From: the human T2T-CHM13v2.0 reference genome, Homo sapiens
Length of the DNA stretch: 64,000 nt
NCBI RefSeq assembly: GCF_009914755.1
Contig: NC_060940.1
Strand: one strand, 5' to 3'
Positions 17,520 through 32,452 of this stretch are shown here, one piece after another. The translations under genes were made by a program, and so were the position numbers. How positions within the stretch are numbered: the stretch's first letter is position 1; every line of letters begins with the position of its first letter. The notes below the pieces were generated by a model. It had not been told where the DNA came from. It made no database searches and saw nothing but the letters and a program-made list of their open reading frames with translations.

Positions 17520-18787
17520 GATGATGGTGACAATGGTGGTGAAGACTGTAGTGATGGTGATGATGACGGTGAACTGTAGTGATGGTGATGATGATGGTGA
17601 AGACTGTAGTGATGGTGATGATGGTGAAGACTGTAGTGATGATGGTGAAGACTAGTGATGGTGATGATGGTGAAGACTAGTGATGGTGATGATGGTGAAG
17701 ACTGTAGTGATGGTGATGATGGTGAAGACTAGTGATGATGGTGGTGAAGACTGTAGTGATGTTGATATTGGTGATGAAGACTATAGTGATGGTGAAGACT
17801 ATCGTGATGGTGATGATGATGGTGAAGACTGTAGTGATGGTGATGATGATGGTGAAGACTGTAGTGATGGTGATGATGGTGAAGACTGTAGCGATGATGG
17901 TGAACACTGTAGTGATGTTGATATTGGTGATGAAGACTATAGTGATGGTGATGATAGTGAAGACTATCGTGATGGTGATGATGATGGTGAAGACTGTAGT
18001 GATGGTGATGATGGTGAAGACTATCGTGATGGTGATGATAATGGTGAAGACTATAGTGATGTTGATGTCGGTGGTGAAGACTGTAGTGATGGTGATGATA
18101 GTGAAGACTATCGTGATGGTGATGATGATGGTGAAGACTGTAGTGATGGTGATGATGGTGAAGACTATCGTGATGGTGATGATGATGGTGAAGACTATAG
18201 TGATGATGGTGAAGACTGTAGTGATGGTGATGATAGTGGTGAAGACTGTAGTGATGTTAATGGTGAAGGCTATAGTGATGTTGATGGTGGTGAAGACTGT
18301 AGCAATGGTTATGATGTTGGTGAAGACAATAGTGATGGTGATGATGGTGAAGACTATAGTGATGGTGATGTTGGTGGTGAAGACTGTAGCGATGGTGATG
18401 ATGATGGTGAAGACTATAGTGATGATGATGGTGAAGACTATAGTGATGATGATGGTGAAGACCGCCGTGATGGTGATGATGGTGAAGACTGTAGCGATGA
18501 TGATGGTGAAGACTATAGTGATGCTGATGTTGGTGGTGAAGACTGTAGTGATGGTGATGATGATGGTGAAGACTATAGTGATGATGATGGTGAAGACTAT
18601 AGTGATGATGATTGTGAAGACCGCCGTGATGGTGATGATGGTGAAGACTGTAGCGATGATGATGGTGAAGACTATAGTGATGTTGATGTTGGTGGTGAAG
18701 ACTGTAGTGATGGTGATGATGATGGTGAAGACTATAGTGATGGTGATGATGGTAGTAAAGACTGTAGTGATGGTGGTGATGATGATG
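17520..18787. repeat. GAT/GGT-rich triplet-based minisatellite (core GATGGTGAAGACTGTAGT, ~21-30 bp units)
   Basis: Directly visible; unit length varies mostly by multiples of 3. Confidence 0.95.
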
Positions 18788-19730
18788 GCCCTCACCATCT
18801 TGGCTGTACCACGTCCAGTTTGCTGTCAGGACACAGCCTGAGGATGCCAGACCTCCATGTTGCAGAACCACCTGACTTTTACTATGGAATACACGTGGAC
18901 TGTGAAGTAATAATATTCCTTTTCACCTCCCTAGAGTCATTTCCATTAAATCAGAAAATAGGCGTTGAGAAAGGGATGTACTAGTGGGTCCCACTTAAAA
19001 AAGAGCAAGTTGAGTGTGAACTCAAGCAACAAAGCTCAACTTAGAGGATTCCTGTTAAGTCATGGAAGGGCTCACCGTTGGGTCCTCCCTGGTGGCCCCA
19101 GTGCATGTTGAACCTCTGGGTCCTGTGCTTTCTAAGCCCAAGTCTCTTTCAGGGAGTTAAGAACACTTGTGCCTATTTTTGGGGAAGGAATTTATTCATT
19201 ATTCCAGGTGTCAGGTGTAAGACATTACGACAATTTATCAGATGCTCAGAGCACAAGCTCTGTTTCACTGAAAGAGTGAACCCAGGAGATGCTGGAGTGG
19301 GGGGTGGAGAAGGGGTGGAGTGACGGTAGGCGCGATGCTTATCTGACGTGTGTGTGTTGTCGGCACTGCGGGGCCCTCAGGAAACGATCAGCGGAGTGGT
19401 TTCCCTCTGAGCATGTCCTTGTGGCCTGCGTTTATTTAGCACAGCCTGAGCTGGGGGCTGCTGGCCTGGCCTGGGGAGGCCCTCTGGGCTCTGTTGGTGG
19501 CTTCCCAGAGTGAGGACCCATTTCAGCTCCTCCCCTCACTCCACACCGTGGAGCCTACATTCCCCTCCTGGTTCCTGCCTCATTGGGTTTTGGAAACATC
19601 CTCACTTGGGAGACTGAGGGGCTCCTAGAAGATCTGCTGGGGCCTGATCTTAGAGGAAAAGCGGATCTGCGTCCATAGGACGGGGTCGCAGCACGGAGCA
19701 ACGGGCCCGGTGTGTTGTGGTTGAGGGCCT

Positions 19731-20930
<1,200 letters not shown>

Positions 20931-21092
20931 GCCTCCTTCACCACCACAGCCCCACTGGCTGCCTCACCTTACGTGTGACACGCTCGTCGAACTTGCCAGC
21001 AAACCCGGGAGGTGAGGATTGCGTGTGATGCCCAGGCAGACACAGTGGCTTTTCATGAGAACAAAGCGTTATCACCTTGTGCAGGTGGCTGA

Positions 21093-21561
<469 letters not shown>

Positions 21562-22084
21562 TAAATTGGTTTCAAAATGTCTCATGTAGAATCTTTGGTG
21601 GGGAGGTATGGATCCACCACGTGTCCCCCACTGCACCCACAGCTGTCACCAGAGCAGGAGCGGCCTGTCCCCGCCAGCTGGGTGCTACCTGCCGACCAGC
21701 CAGGAGCTGGGGAGGGTGGGAAGGGTTGTCTTCCAATGTCAGGTTTTCATTGAAATACCTTTTCATTGTGAGCTTTTAACTCCGGGGTTGACTCCGCCTT
21801 TCCTCCCTTCTTGATCCTCCTACCCGCCCCCTCCAGCCCTGAGGAGCTCAGCTCCCCACACGGCTGCCCGGAAGTGGCCTCTCTTGACAGCCGCCTCTCA
21901 TCGCTAGGCCTGACCCTTCTTTCTTCACTTGCTGGCCGCTGTCTCAGCTTCCCCAGGTGTTCCAGGAGCTTGGGGAGGGCTGGACCTGCAGGAGGGTCCC
22001 CGGCAGCACTGGGACCCAGGGTGGGGACAAGCTCTGCCTGTTCTTCCAGGCTCTCCTTGAACCTGGCACCCCAGGTACACAGCA

Positions 22085-22345
22085 TGCTTTCCTGGAACAG
22101 TGTGCCCCCATAATTCTCATCTAGGGAGCCTCAAATATGGCCTTATTTGCAAATACGGTCATTGCAGGAGGAATTACATTAAGATGAGGTCAGACTGGAG
22201 CCAGGTGGCCTTGGTCCCGTGACCAGCGTCCTGGTGAGAGGAGGAATGAGACACGGGTTGGCCATGTGGACGGAGGCGGAGATCAGAGCCATGTGTCTAC
22301 AAGCCCGGGAGCACTGAGGGTTTCTGGAGTCTCCAGAGCCATGAG
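22085..22345 (+). mobile_element. MLT1 LTR fragment
   Basis: CCTTATTTGCAAATACGGTCATTGCAG...TTAAGATGAGGTCAGACTGGA...GGCCATGTGGACGGAGGCGGAGAT. Confidence 0.75.
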
Positions 22346-22904
22346 GGAATGAACTGGTGTGGTTTGGAGCCCCTGCTCCTTGGCGGCCACAGGATGTGAA
22401 CTCACCTGGAGCCTCTGGGCCTCCCCCAGGTGCAGGTGGGACCAGCCTGGCTCCTGCCGTCCTGAGGGCTGCAGCCACGGTGTCACGGCTCCTTCTCATC
22501 CAGTGGCAGGTCCCACAGGGTGGGGACACCCTTCCCTGACTTGGTGACTGCACTCTGGCAAGACCCCCTGGAGGACGCTCGGGCCCTCTGCAGAGGAGCA
22601 GTGAGCTCGGGGGGTTCAGCTGCGATGTGAGTCTGGGGGCTTTGGCATCCAGACCCACACGGAGCATGTCTGACCCACGAACCGAGGCTTCAGTGAGGCC
22701 CAGACATTGGGAATGGCCAGGGGCAGCCCCACGCGTGGCCACCGTAGCCCCCCACCCTTTTTACCAGGCTTGGCTGCTGCGGAGGTGGGGGAAGGACTCC
22801 GGATGTTTCTCATCAGAAACTCGGATTTTAGCTTGTGAGTGTGAGGGGTTGTACCCACACTTTCATGTAGACACAGAAAAGTGATGGTTCTGAATTTTAG
22901 GGAG

Positions 22905-23188
22905 TTTTTTTTTTTGAGATGGAGACTGTCTCCCAGGCTGTAGTGCAGTCACGTGATCTCAGCTCACTGCAACCTCCGCCTCTTGAGTTCAAGCATTTCT
23001 CCTGCCTCAGCCTCCCAAGTAGCTGGAATTACATGTGCCCACCACCACACCTGGCTAATTTTGTATTTTTAGTATAGACAGGGTTTCTCCGTGTTGGTCA
23101 GGCTGGTCTCAAACTCCTGACCTCGTGATCTGCCCGCTTCGGCCTCCCACAGTGCTGGGATCAGAGGCGTGAGCTGCTGCGCCCGGCC
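22905..23188 (-). mobile_element. AluS
   Basis: Antisense Alu consensus. Confidence 0.9.
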
Positions 23189-23585
23189 TTGGGAGCTCCT
23201 TTTAAATCGTGCTGCTTTTCAAGGGAAGGATTCTCAAGGCTGTAGGAGGTTTAGAATACAGCGTGTGCTGGTGCGGCCTGTGTGTGAGCGAGAGTGTCTG
23301 CCGAGAATCACACGGGCCCCACTTCCGTGGAAAACAATCCGAATTCCCTGTGTATCACGGGCAGAAGGCTGAAGGAAGTCTCGAGCCACCGTGCGGAGAG
23401 TGAAGCTGGCGGTGTCGCGGTAATGCGGTGGAAACGCGTGTTTTGATTCGATGTCTGTCCCGATGCTGGGTTTCACGGTGAGGTCTGGTGTCACTCTGCA
23501 TTGCCTGGCTTGGGCAGTAACCCTCTTCTCTTGGTATGAGGGCAAATTTTGGTTCTGAAAATCCTTTCCAGGGTGGCTTTGGCCA

Positions 23586-23659
23586 GGATTTGGGATTGCG
23601 GTGGGTTTGCGTTCCGGATTTGGGATTGCGGTGGGTTTGCGTTCCAGATTTGGGATTGC
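23586..23659. repeat. 30-bp tandem repeat x~2.5
   Basis: GGATTTGGGATTGCGGTGGGTTTGCGTTCC at 23586 and 23616, partial copy at 23646. Confidence 0.85.
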
Positions 23660-24165
23660 TGGGCTCGCACTGGGATAGTTTGGAAGCCGTGGCCACTCTT
23701 GTATGTTATGCTGGCTCATGGTCAGCCTGGCCTCTGGGCTATCCCTTAGATCCCTTGAGGCTATTTGGGGTCTGTATCTTCCCAGGAGAAAGTGAAATAT
23801 CCTGGATGACAATGTCGTCTGATCCAAGAAGGTCCTTAAAAATGGAACCTCCAGAGGATATTAAAACCCTGAGACCCCCCCAGTCCCGGGTCTGCTTCAG
23901 GGAGCATTAACCAAAGGCCTCCACCGCCTGCAAACGTCCTGTCATTCTCCAGGGGCTGGGCCAGGGCTGAAGGCCCCCATTGCCTCCTGTGAGCCTCACA
24001 GCCGAGTGCCGGGGACATGAGGGGATACCACGGGACTCTGGGGCTGGGAGGCACATCAGAGCCTTGTATACACAGGGGCTCAAGAAAGACGAGAGGAAAT
24101 CACAGAAAGGCAAAGAGCCCAATTAACAGACAGGCAGAGGACCCGACCTGACGCCTGTCCACAGC

Positions 24166-24645
24166 AGGCCCACGACGGCCAGCAGCGGGGGGAGCTCGTC
24201 ACACTAGGCCCACGACGGCCAGCAGCGGGGGGAGCTCGTCACACTAGGCCCACGACGGCCAGCAGCGGGGGGAGCTCGTCACACTAGGCCCACGACGGCC
24301 AGCAGCGGGGGGAGCTCGTCACACTAGGCCCACGACGGCCAGCAGCGGGGGGAGCTCGTCACACTAGGCCCACGACGGCCAGCAGCGGGGGGAGCTCGTC
24401 ACACTAGGCCCACGACGGCCAGCAGCGGGGGGAGCTCGTCACACTAGGCCCACGACGGCCAGCAGCGGGGGGAGCTCGTCACACTAGGCCCACGACGGCC
24501 AGCAGCGGGGGGAGCTCGTCACACTAGGCCCACGACGGCCAGCAGCGGGGGGAGCTCGTCACACTAGGCCCACGACGGCCAGCAGCGGGGGGAGCTCGTC
24601 ACACTAGGCCCACGACGGCCAGCAGCGGGGGGAGCTCGTCACACT
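24166..24645. repeat. Perfect 40-bp minisatellite x12
   Basis: AGGCCCACGACGGCCAGCAGCGGGGGGAGCTCGTCACACT repeated 12 times with no visible mismatch. Confidence 0.98.
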
Positions 24646-25020
24646 AGGGGGACTCTGGTCCTCCGCCTTGACCAGCCCCCACCTGCCGCCCCCAGTCCCA
24701 CGTTGGCAGCTGTCCCCTCCCCAGGCCCGGCAGCGTGTAGGGAGGCCTGGGTCCCCCGAGTCTGTGGACAAACGTGGTTTGGGGACACCAGCCCCTGCCG
24801 AAGCCATGAAACTCAGGGAGAGTGGATGCCACCCCTGGTGTCTTCGTGCTGTGTCAGGAAAGGGGTGCTGTGGCAGGGACGCACCTGAGCGTCCAACCTG
24901 GTCCTGGGGACGGGGGCGGGGTGGGGCTCCACATCCCGGCAAGGCGTCGGGAGCTGTGAGCCCGTAACACAAGTCATTACGATGCTGGCTGAGCGTGGGC
25001 CTGCTGAGAGCCCTGGTGGG

Positions 25021-25170
25021 CACGCCACTGTCTCGTCCATGGCACCGCCGTCCCATCCGCGGCACCACCATCTCGTTCACGGCACCAACGTCCCGTCCGC
25101 GGCACCACCGTCCCATCTGTGGCACCATCGTCCCGTCCACGGCACCCTCGTCCCATCCATGGCACCACTG
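25021..25170. repeat. Degenerate 20-bp tandem repeat x~7
   Basis: GGCACC recurs at 25041, 25061, 25081, 25101, 25121, 25141 and 25161. Confidence 0.9.
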
Positions 25171-25919
25171 CTGGCCTGGCCAGGATGTATCCCTGCGGGG
25201 GGGCTGCCCCTGCTCTGAGGATGTTTGCAGCCTCCTCAGCCTCCACTCACCTGATGCCAGCAGCATCTGTGATTCGAGATGGGCAAAAACATCCCACGTT
25301 GCCCCGGGGTGCCCTGGAGGGCCGAGTCCCCCGGGGTCTTCTCTGGACAGTGAGAAGCCACGATGGGGCACTGGTGCCGATTCCATTCGCGTCACAAAGC
25401 CCTGCCTCTTACCAACCGGCGGGTGCTCAGCCGGCCGCCTCTGCCCTTCCTCCCTCCCCCACAGACCCCGTTCTGTGCACCCCAGAATGTGGGCTGACTT
25501 TTGTTCTTCACCGTGAGAGCTTCCGGGAAGCAGAGGAGAGCGGGATTCCTTCCTCCTTGTCCCTCTCCGAGCGGGAGGGTGATGGCCGACGGCATCGGGG
25601 CAAATGTGTTGCTTTGAGAGGCTGAGAGGAGGACGCGTGGCCCCCACCCCTTCCCACGTGGCTTCGTGCTGTGAGCCACAAACGGCCGTGGATCCCAGAG
25701 CCAGACTCCGGGCCCGCCCAGCCCAGGGGGAGGGCGGACTGCCAAGCTCAAGCACGCGGCCTCGGTTCAGGGACAGGTTCCCCGTGCGGCGAGGGGCACG
25801 GTGGGCCGAGAGCCAGATGAGAACCCGCTGCCTCCACGCGGCCGTGCCCTCTGGCAGCCTGGGCTGGAGGGAGGTTTGCACGGCTGCTAGACATCTTCCT
25901 TGCAGGATCCCTGGGGAAT

Positions 25920-26530
25920 TCTAAATTTCAGTCACACTCTCTAAATTTTCATTAAGAGCCTTCACCCAGAGAAAATGATGGATTAGATTTTATTGTTGGA
26001 CAGGAGCCAGATAAAATTAGATGCCTCTTTTACTTCCCAGCCCCCACCCCTCCGTTCTTTCCTAAAACCTGTACTTTTCTCCCTCGGTTCCCATCAAACC
26101 GGGATTTGAGAATGTTTATTTGCTAAAAGCGATTACGTACAGCCGCTTCCTTTGAGCCTCTGCTTTTATTTTCTGTGTGATTTCGCCGTCATTCCACTTT
26201 TTAAAGTCCGGGATGGCTTTCGGTGTCGAGCGCTGTGGGTTTGAGAGCGAGAGGGTTGCTTGTGGTCTCTTTGTCCCCTTCAGGAAAGCGTGTCAGAATT
26301 TTACAGCTCAAAGCTGGTAAGATATTTTGCTGCACAAAGTAAATTAATCTGATTCCTCATCCGCCTCTCCTTCTCCCTCCCAAGTTCTCTTTCTCTTTGA
26401 TGTGCTAACGTGCTCCTTCGGCCACCGAAATACAACTCAGCGTTTGCCACAAAACTGCTGCTTTTTAACCCGGCCGGATTTCCGTGGGCTGCGTGTGCTG
26501 TGGTCGCCACTGTGCCTGTGGATGGTGAAT
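25920..26530. promoter_or_regulatory. Candidate developmental enhancer (AT-rich unique island)
   Basis: Cluster of PBX-HOX, homeodomain, SOX, FOX, GATA and TCF/LEF motifs in non-repetitive DNA (see findings). Confidence 0.5.
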
Positions 26531-26546
26531 TTTAAAAACAGATGTC

Positions 26547-26667
26547 GGCCTGGGAGCAGTGGCTCACGCCTGTAATCCCAGCACTTTGGGAGGCTGAGGC
26601 AGGTAGATCACCTGAGGTCAGGAGTTTGAGGCCACCCTGGCCAACGTGGGGAAACCCCATCTCTAGT

Positions 26668-26702
<35 letters not shown>

Positions 26703-26860
26703 TAGCCGGGCGTGGTGGTGGCACCTGTAGTCCCAGCTGCTTGGGAGGCTGAGGCAGGAGAATTGCTTAACCCGGGAAGCAGAGGTTGTAGGGAGCCAAA
26801 ATCAACCACTACACTCCAGCCTGGGCGACAGAGCGAGACTCCGTCTCACAAAAAGAATAA
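26547..26860 (+). mobile_element. AluS with (CA)n microsatellite in its middle linker
   Basis: Alu arms; (CA)n at ~26670-26698 replaces the A-rich linker. Confidence 0.92.
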
Positions 26861-28817
26861 GAGGGTCGGGGAAATGTGAGTTTTAAACTAAAAAATGTAA
26901 AAGCCGTTTCAAGACTCACCAGGCCGAGGAGGGAGGTTCTCTGAGGAGCGGCTGTGCCTTCGGGGAGTGGAGGGTGCGCACACGTGTCTCTGCGTGTCTG
27001 TGCGTGTCCACGTGTGTCTGTGCGTGTTAGCACGTGTACCTGTGCACGTGTGTGAGGTGGTTTTGGGAGACCTGGCCCTGGCTCCGCCTCTGCTCATAAA
27101 CACTGAGGATGTGGCTCTCAGGCCAGGTGTGAAGACTTCTCCCCACCTGCCTCCCGGGTGACTTCCTGAGGTCGCTTCCAGGCCTCAGACCTGGTGCTCT
27201 CCCCACCTGCCTGACCCCGTTGCTTCCAGGCCTCAGACCTGGCTTTGCGTCTGTTTTCTGAAGCACCTCTGCTCCGCTCCCCGAGTCTGTCTCATGGGTT
27301 TCGCCGCCTGATTCTTGGGCGGCCCCTTGCAGGCTGTGGTCTTCCGTGCAGGTTGGTCTCCCAGTGGTTGCAGAGCTGGTTCTGGTGGAACCCCTGCCCT
27401 TGGGCTGCACTCGGGAGGTGCCAGTCACTGTGCCCAGGGATTTCACGGACCTGCTTGTCACTACGCTCCCCGGAGTCACCCCAGGGATTCTGGGAGGGTC
27501 CCTGTTGCACAAACAAGGAAACCGAGACACAGGACGGAAAACGGGCCACGGAAAACGGGCCGGCCTCTGCTGCCTGGGTTGTGATGAAGGCCTCGGGAAA
27601 CGGGCCGGCCTCTGCTGCCGGGTTGTGCTGGAGGTCTCAGGGTAGCTCTGGAAGCTGCACGTGTCACCTTATGTCATGGCTGCAACGGCACGCAATGCAC
27701 GCACAACATGTGTGCAGACACAACACACACACAATACACGCGCATACACAGACACTCGCTGCCAGGCACAGGAACACACCCCTCCCCTCATGCCACACAC
27801 GTGACGACTGGAGCCCGGACGTGCGTCCTGGGGGGACCCTGCTGTTTCTCTCTTTGCCCCACTGTGTTCTGGGAGAATGTGCTCCAGGAACCTTGCAGCA
27901 GACAGGACCTGGAAGGGTGTCTGTCCCAGGCCCGGGGAACAGCCCAGCTCAGGCCTGGGGCGCGGGCAGCCAGGCAGGGGTCTGGCCCAGTCCTAGCCAG
28001 GGGAAATGAACTCTCGGCCTCCAGGGTATGGCTGGGGCCTCCGTGCCTGGACCCAGGTCAGACGAGTCACTCACGCATCCCGAAATCCTGCCAGAGGCTG
28101 GAAGCCAGGTGCATTAAATGTGCTGAGATTTACGCGCCCAGGGCACTGGGGACGTGAACCAACAGTTTGTTCAAAAGCAGACACCTGCCTACAACAGGGT
28201 TGTTGTAAAGCTGGATTCAAACACTGAGACTTGTGTGATGAAATGGACCCAGGGTTTGTGTTTCAGGCCTGAGATTGGAGGCAGGAGGCAGGGAGGGACG
28301 CTGGGCCGAGGCCTCGTCTCCTGGAGGCTCTGACCCCACTGGTGCAGGGTGGCGTGTGGACAGGGGCACCTCGGGAGGGGAGGTTCGACGTGGAGCACGG
28401 GAGCCACTTTGGGTGGGAAGACCGAGGCCTGAGGGGCACTCAGGACTCTCTCTATCCTCGGGCTCCGTGAGCTAGAGTGGGGAATGGGGGGAGTGGACCG
28501 GGAGCCTCTGGGCGGCTGACAATGGGAAGGCCCCTGACCTGGGAGGCTGGGGGCCATCACTGTGGCAGCCCCATGCCCTCTGGGAAGGTCCTCTGCTCTC
28601 TGGGTGGGGTCCGTGGGACCGTGTTATGAGCAGGCCCCTGATGGCGGGTGGGGTCCTGTCCCTCCGTTCCTACCCAGCCACGGGTGGCAGTTCTGTCTTC
28701 CTCCTGCATCAGCCGACAGCCCCTTCCCAGGAGCTCTGAGTCCGCCTGCTGCTCCGGGGCCGCTGGGGTGAGGACGGGGTGAAGAGGCGCGGCCCTGTCT
28801 ATACCAGCACCGCCACT

Positions 28818-28901
28818 GCCCACTGGGGCCGACATCCCGCCCACTGGGGCCCACATCCCGCCCACTGGGGCCCACATCCCGCCCACTGGGGCCCACATCC
28901 C
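28818..28901. repeat. 21-bp tandem repeat x4
   Basis: GCCCACTGGGGCCCACATCCC at 28818, 28839, 28860 and 28881. Confidence 0.92.
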
Positions 28902-29156
28902 ACCCACGGCGGCCAGGGACAGATGTCCTTCCTGTGTCTTGTGTCCCTTCACCACCACCAGCCCGGCACGTCCTTTGCCCATTCTCACTCCGACACTGAC
29001 CTGAGATGGGGCTGCCCCACACCCGGGCACACACCCGGGCACGCACCTGGGAAGGCCTGGATCCTGTTGGCTGGGAAGAAGTGGGCAGGTGGGCTGTGGA
29101 GTGGGCAGTGCTGTTTGCATTGCTGCTGATCAGAGGTGCCTCCTGCTGCTGTGTGA

Positions 29157-30130
<974 letters not shown>

Positions 30131-30589
30131 TTGTGGTGCCTGGACGTGTACCCAGGAGTGGTGTTGTGGGAGGTGTTGTGGGTGGTGCTGTGGGCGTTGT
30201 GGCCTCGGGCGGGATGGCGTTTGGTTCACTGCGTTTCCCGGCCGGCGTCTCCTTCTGTCATGAAATGCTCAGTGCCCACGCACGGTCCATACTGGGGTTT
30301 GGTACCGTCCACCTACGGATTAAAAACGTTCACGGATATCTGCTTTCAAAACACCCAGGCCGGTCTTGTCGGCAGAGCCGGTCTCAGGCCACCTCCTCTT
30401 TTCCGAGGTAGGTGAGACTCTGGGAAGGGAAGGAGCGAAGGAGGCAGGCTTGGAGCCTTGACCACAGGGAGGAGGGGAACCTGCTCCTGGATGCGCCGGA
30501 GCCCAGCCCGGCTTGTGGAACGAGGCTGCAGGAGCCTGAGATCGGGGACTGCCGGGCCTGCGCCACGGAGGGTCCCCAGGGGGACGGGA

Positions 30590-30790
30590 CAGCCTTCCTG
30601 CCTCTTCCAGCCCCTGGCGCTCAGCTTTGCCTTAGCTGTGGCCTCATAACTCCAGCCTCTGCCTTGGTCGTCATGGCCGTGTCTTCTGACTTTGGATTTA
30701 GGGTCCGTCTTGATCCGGTATGACCGCATCTCAATGACGTCGGCAAGGACCCTGTTTCCAGGCAAGGCAGCTTTTTGATATTTGAGTGGT
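30590..30790 (-). mobile_element. MLT1 LTR fragment
   Basis: CCTTCCTGCCTCTTCCAGC...TGGATTTAGGGTCC...GCAAGGACCCTGTTTCCA. Confidence 0.65.
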
Positions 30791-32320
30791 CGGAGGCACT
30801 GTTTAGCCACCTTGCTGCCTCCTCGTAGGACTGAAGGGCATTTTTCCCTTGAGCAGGAGACTCCACACACGCGGACACTGACGTTGAGCCGCAGGGCTGG
30901 TCACTGTCCCCGTCCCGTGGCACCGCACGCCAGGGCCCGGCACCTTCTGCCGTGGCTCACGTGGCCTTGGGTCCGGCCCCTGCCAGAGGCTGGGGCCCCA
31001 GGGACCCCTCTGGGCTAGAAGGTGCTGCTGACACAGGCGTTTTTAGATAAGCAGGAAGCTCCTGAGAGGAAGCTTTATTTTTACTTTGTTCCGGCCTCTG
31101 TGGTTTTTGGAGATGGCCTTTAAAGATTTGTTTTCGATTTTATCTTTAAAGAAGATGCAGGAAAGCCCATGGGTCAGGCTCCAGAAGAAATATCCGGGAG
31201 GAAGGCCCTGAGCCTGGGACGGCGGGGCCAGGAGGAGGCCCCTGAGCCTGGGAGTGTAGGGCAGGGGCTGCAGGGATCCCAGGAGGAGGCGCTCCCGGCC
31301 CCGCATGGCCCTGTGTCTGCAGTCCCTGCCTGGGCCTGTGGGCCTGCTGTGTGGTGGTCCTGGGGCAGGGCTCACAGAGCCTCACTCCCCAAAACCCCAG
31401 CCTGTGTCCCCGAAGGGCCCCCTCTCCTTAGAGGGGTTTAGTCCCACCAGGTGGGTAAAGTTGGCCTGCGTTGCTGGGCTGGTTTCAAGGGAGGGCTCTG
31501 CCCACCATCATCACGGGTCAGGAAAGCCCTGCCGAGCCCTCTGTCCTTCGACTTCTGGCCCAGCGAGGCACCTGGAGCACCCCGTGGCTGTGTTGAACGT
31601 CACAGAGGCTGCCGGGCACGTGGGGACGGGGCCCGCTGGGAACAGGTGTGGGGGCCCCAGCTCTGACCAGCGGGTGCCTGGGAGGGGGGTTCTCCTTGGA
31701 CAAGAGCTGCCTCCAGCCCCTTGGTCCAGAACCCCTTGTGCCACCCCGGCACCCTCCGCCCTGTGAGTTTTTTCCCTCTGGGAGACGTTTACTTTCCTGG
31801 CAGTTGGCCAGCGTGGCACTCACAGAAAAGGCCAGGGCAGCCCCTCAGCCCCTTTCCTGAGGCCACACCGCCCTGAGAGCAGGGTGCGTGCCCTCAGCAG
31901 AAGCAAGGACCAGGGCCTCTCCTCCCGGCTGGGGCCCGGGATTCTGAGACCCATCTCTAAGGCCAGGGCAGGGCCGGGGCGGGGGACGTTTGTTAAATTT
32001 TTAGGAAAAAAAAGCAAAATCAACACAGAAACAAATGGATGAACCTGCCAATGGGTGGGGCCTGTGGACTCTGCCCCGGCCCTGCTCAGGGCCCTGTGGC
32101 CTCAGCTCCTTCCCTGGTGAGACACCCACCCTGCCCCATGCCACCAGTGGTATGACGCAGGGGAGGAGCAAGACGGGGAGGGGCTTGGGGGGAGGGGCGT
32201 GGGGGGGTGGAGTGTGAGGGGGGAGGGGGTATGAGGCAGGGGAGGAGCATGAGGGTGGGGAGGGGGTGGGGTGGTCAGGGTGTAGGGTGAAGGCGTGAGC
32301 CACAGTGCCCGGCCTCTCTC

Positions 32321-32452
32321 TTTTTTTTAGAGCTGGGTCTCACTCTGCTGTCCAGGCTGAAGTACAGGTAAGATCGTGGCTCGCTGTGCTCAAGTGATCC
32401 TCCTGGCCTAGCCTCCCAAAGTGCTGGGACAACAGGTGTGAGCCACTGCGCC
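32321..32452 (-). mobile_element. Short/partial Alu (FLAM-like)
   Basis: Short antisense Alu ending CCTCCCAAAGTGCTGGGAC...GAGCCACTGCGCCC. Confidence 0.75.

Noticed and set aside
17677-18984. DSPP-like acidic, poly-His or membrane-like proteins
   Set aside because: Low-complexity triplet repeat with no promoter, signal peptide or splice structure; kept only as a repeat finding.
23200-23920. Possible ERV internal (pol-like) fragment
   Set aside because: Only a vague PPWKG resemblance and composition; cannot be supported without a Dfam search.
24166-24645. CRISPR-like array
   Set aside because: Units are head-to-tail with no unique spacers, there are no cas genes, and the context is human.
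24604-25881. 425-aa minus-strand ORF
   Set aside because: GC-rich, spans two tandem repeats, no recognisable domain or exon structure.
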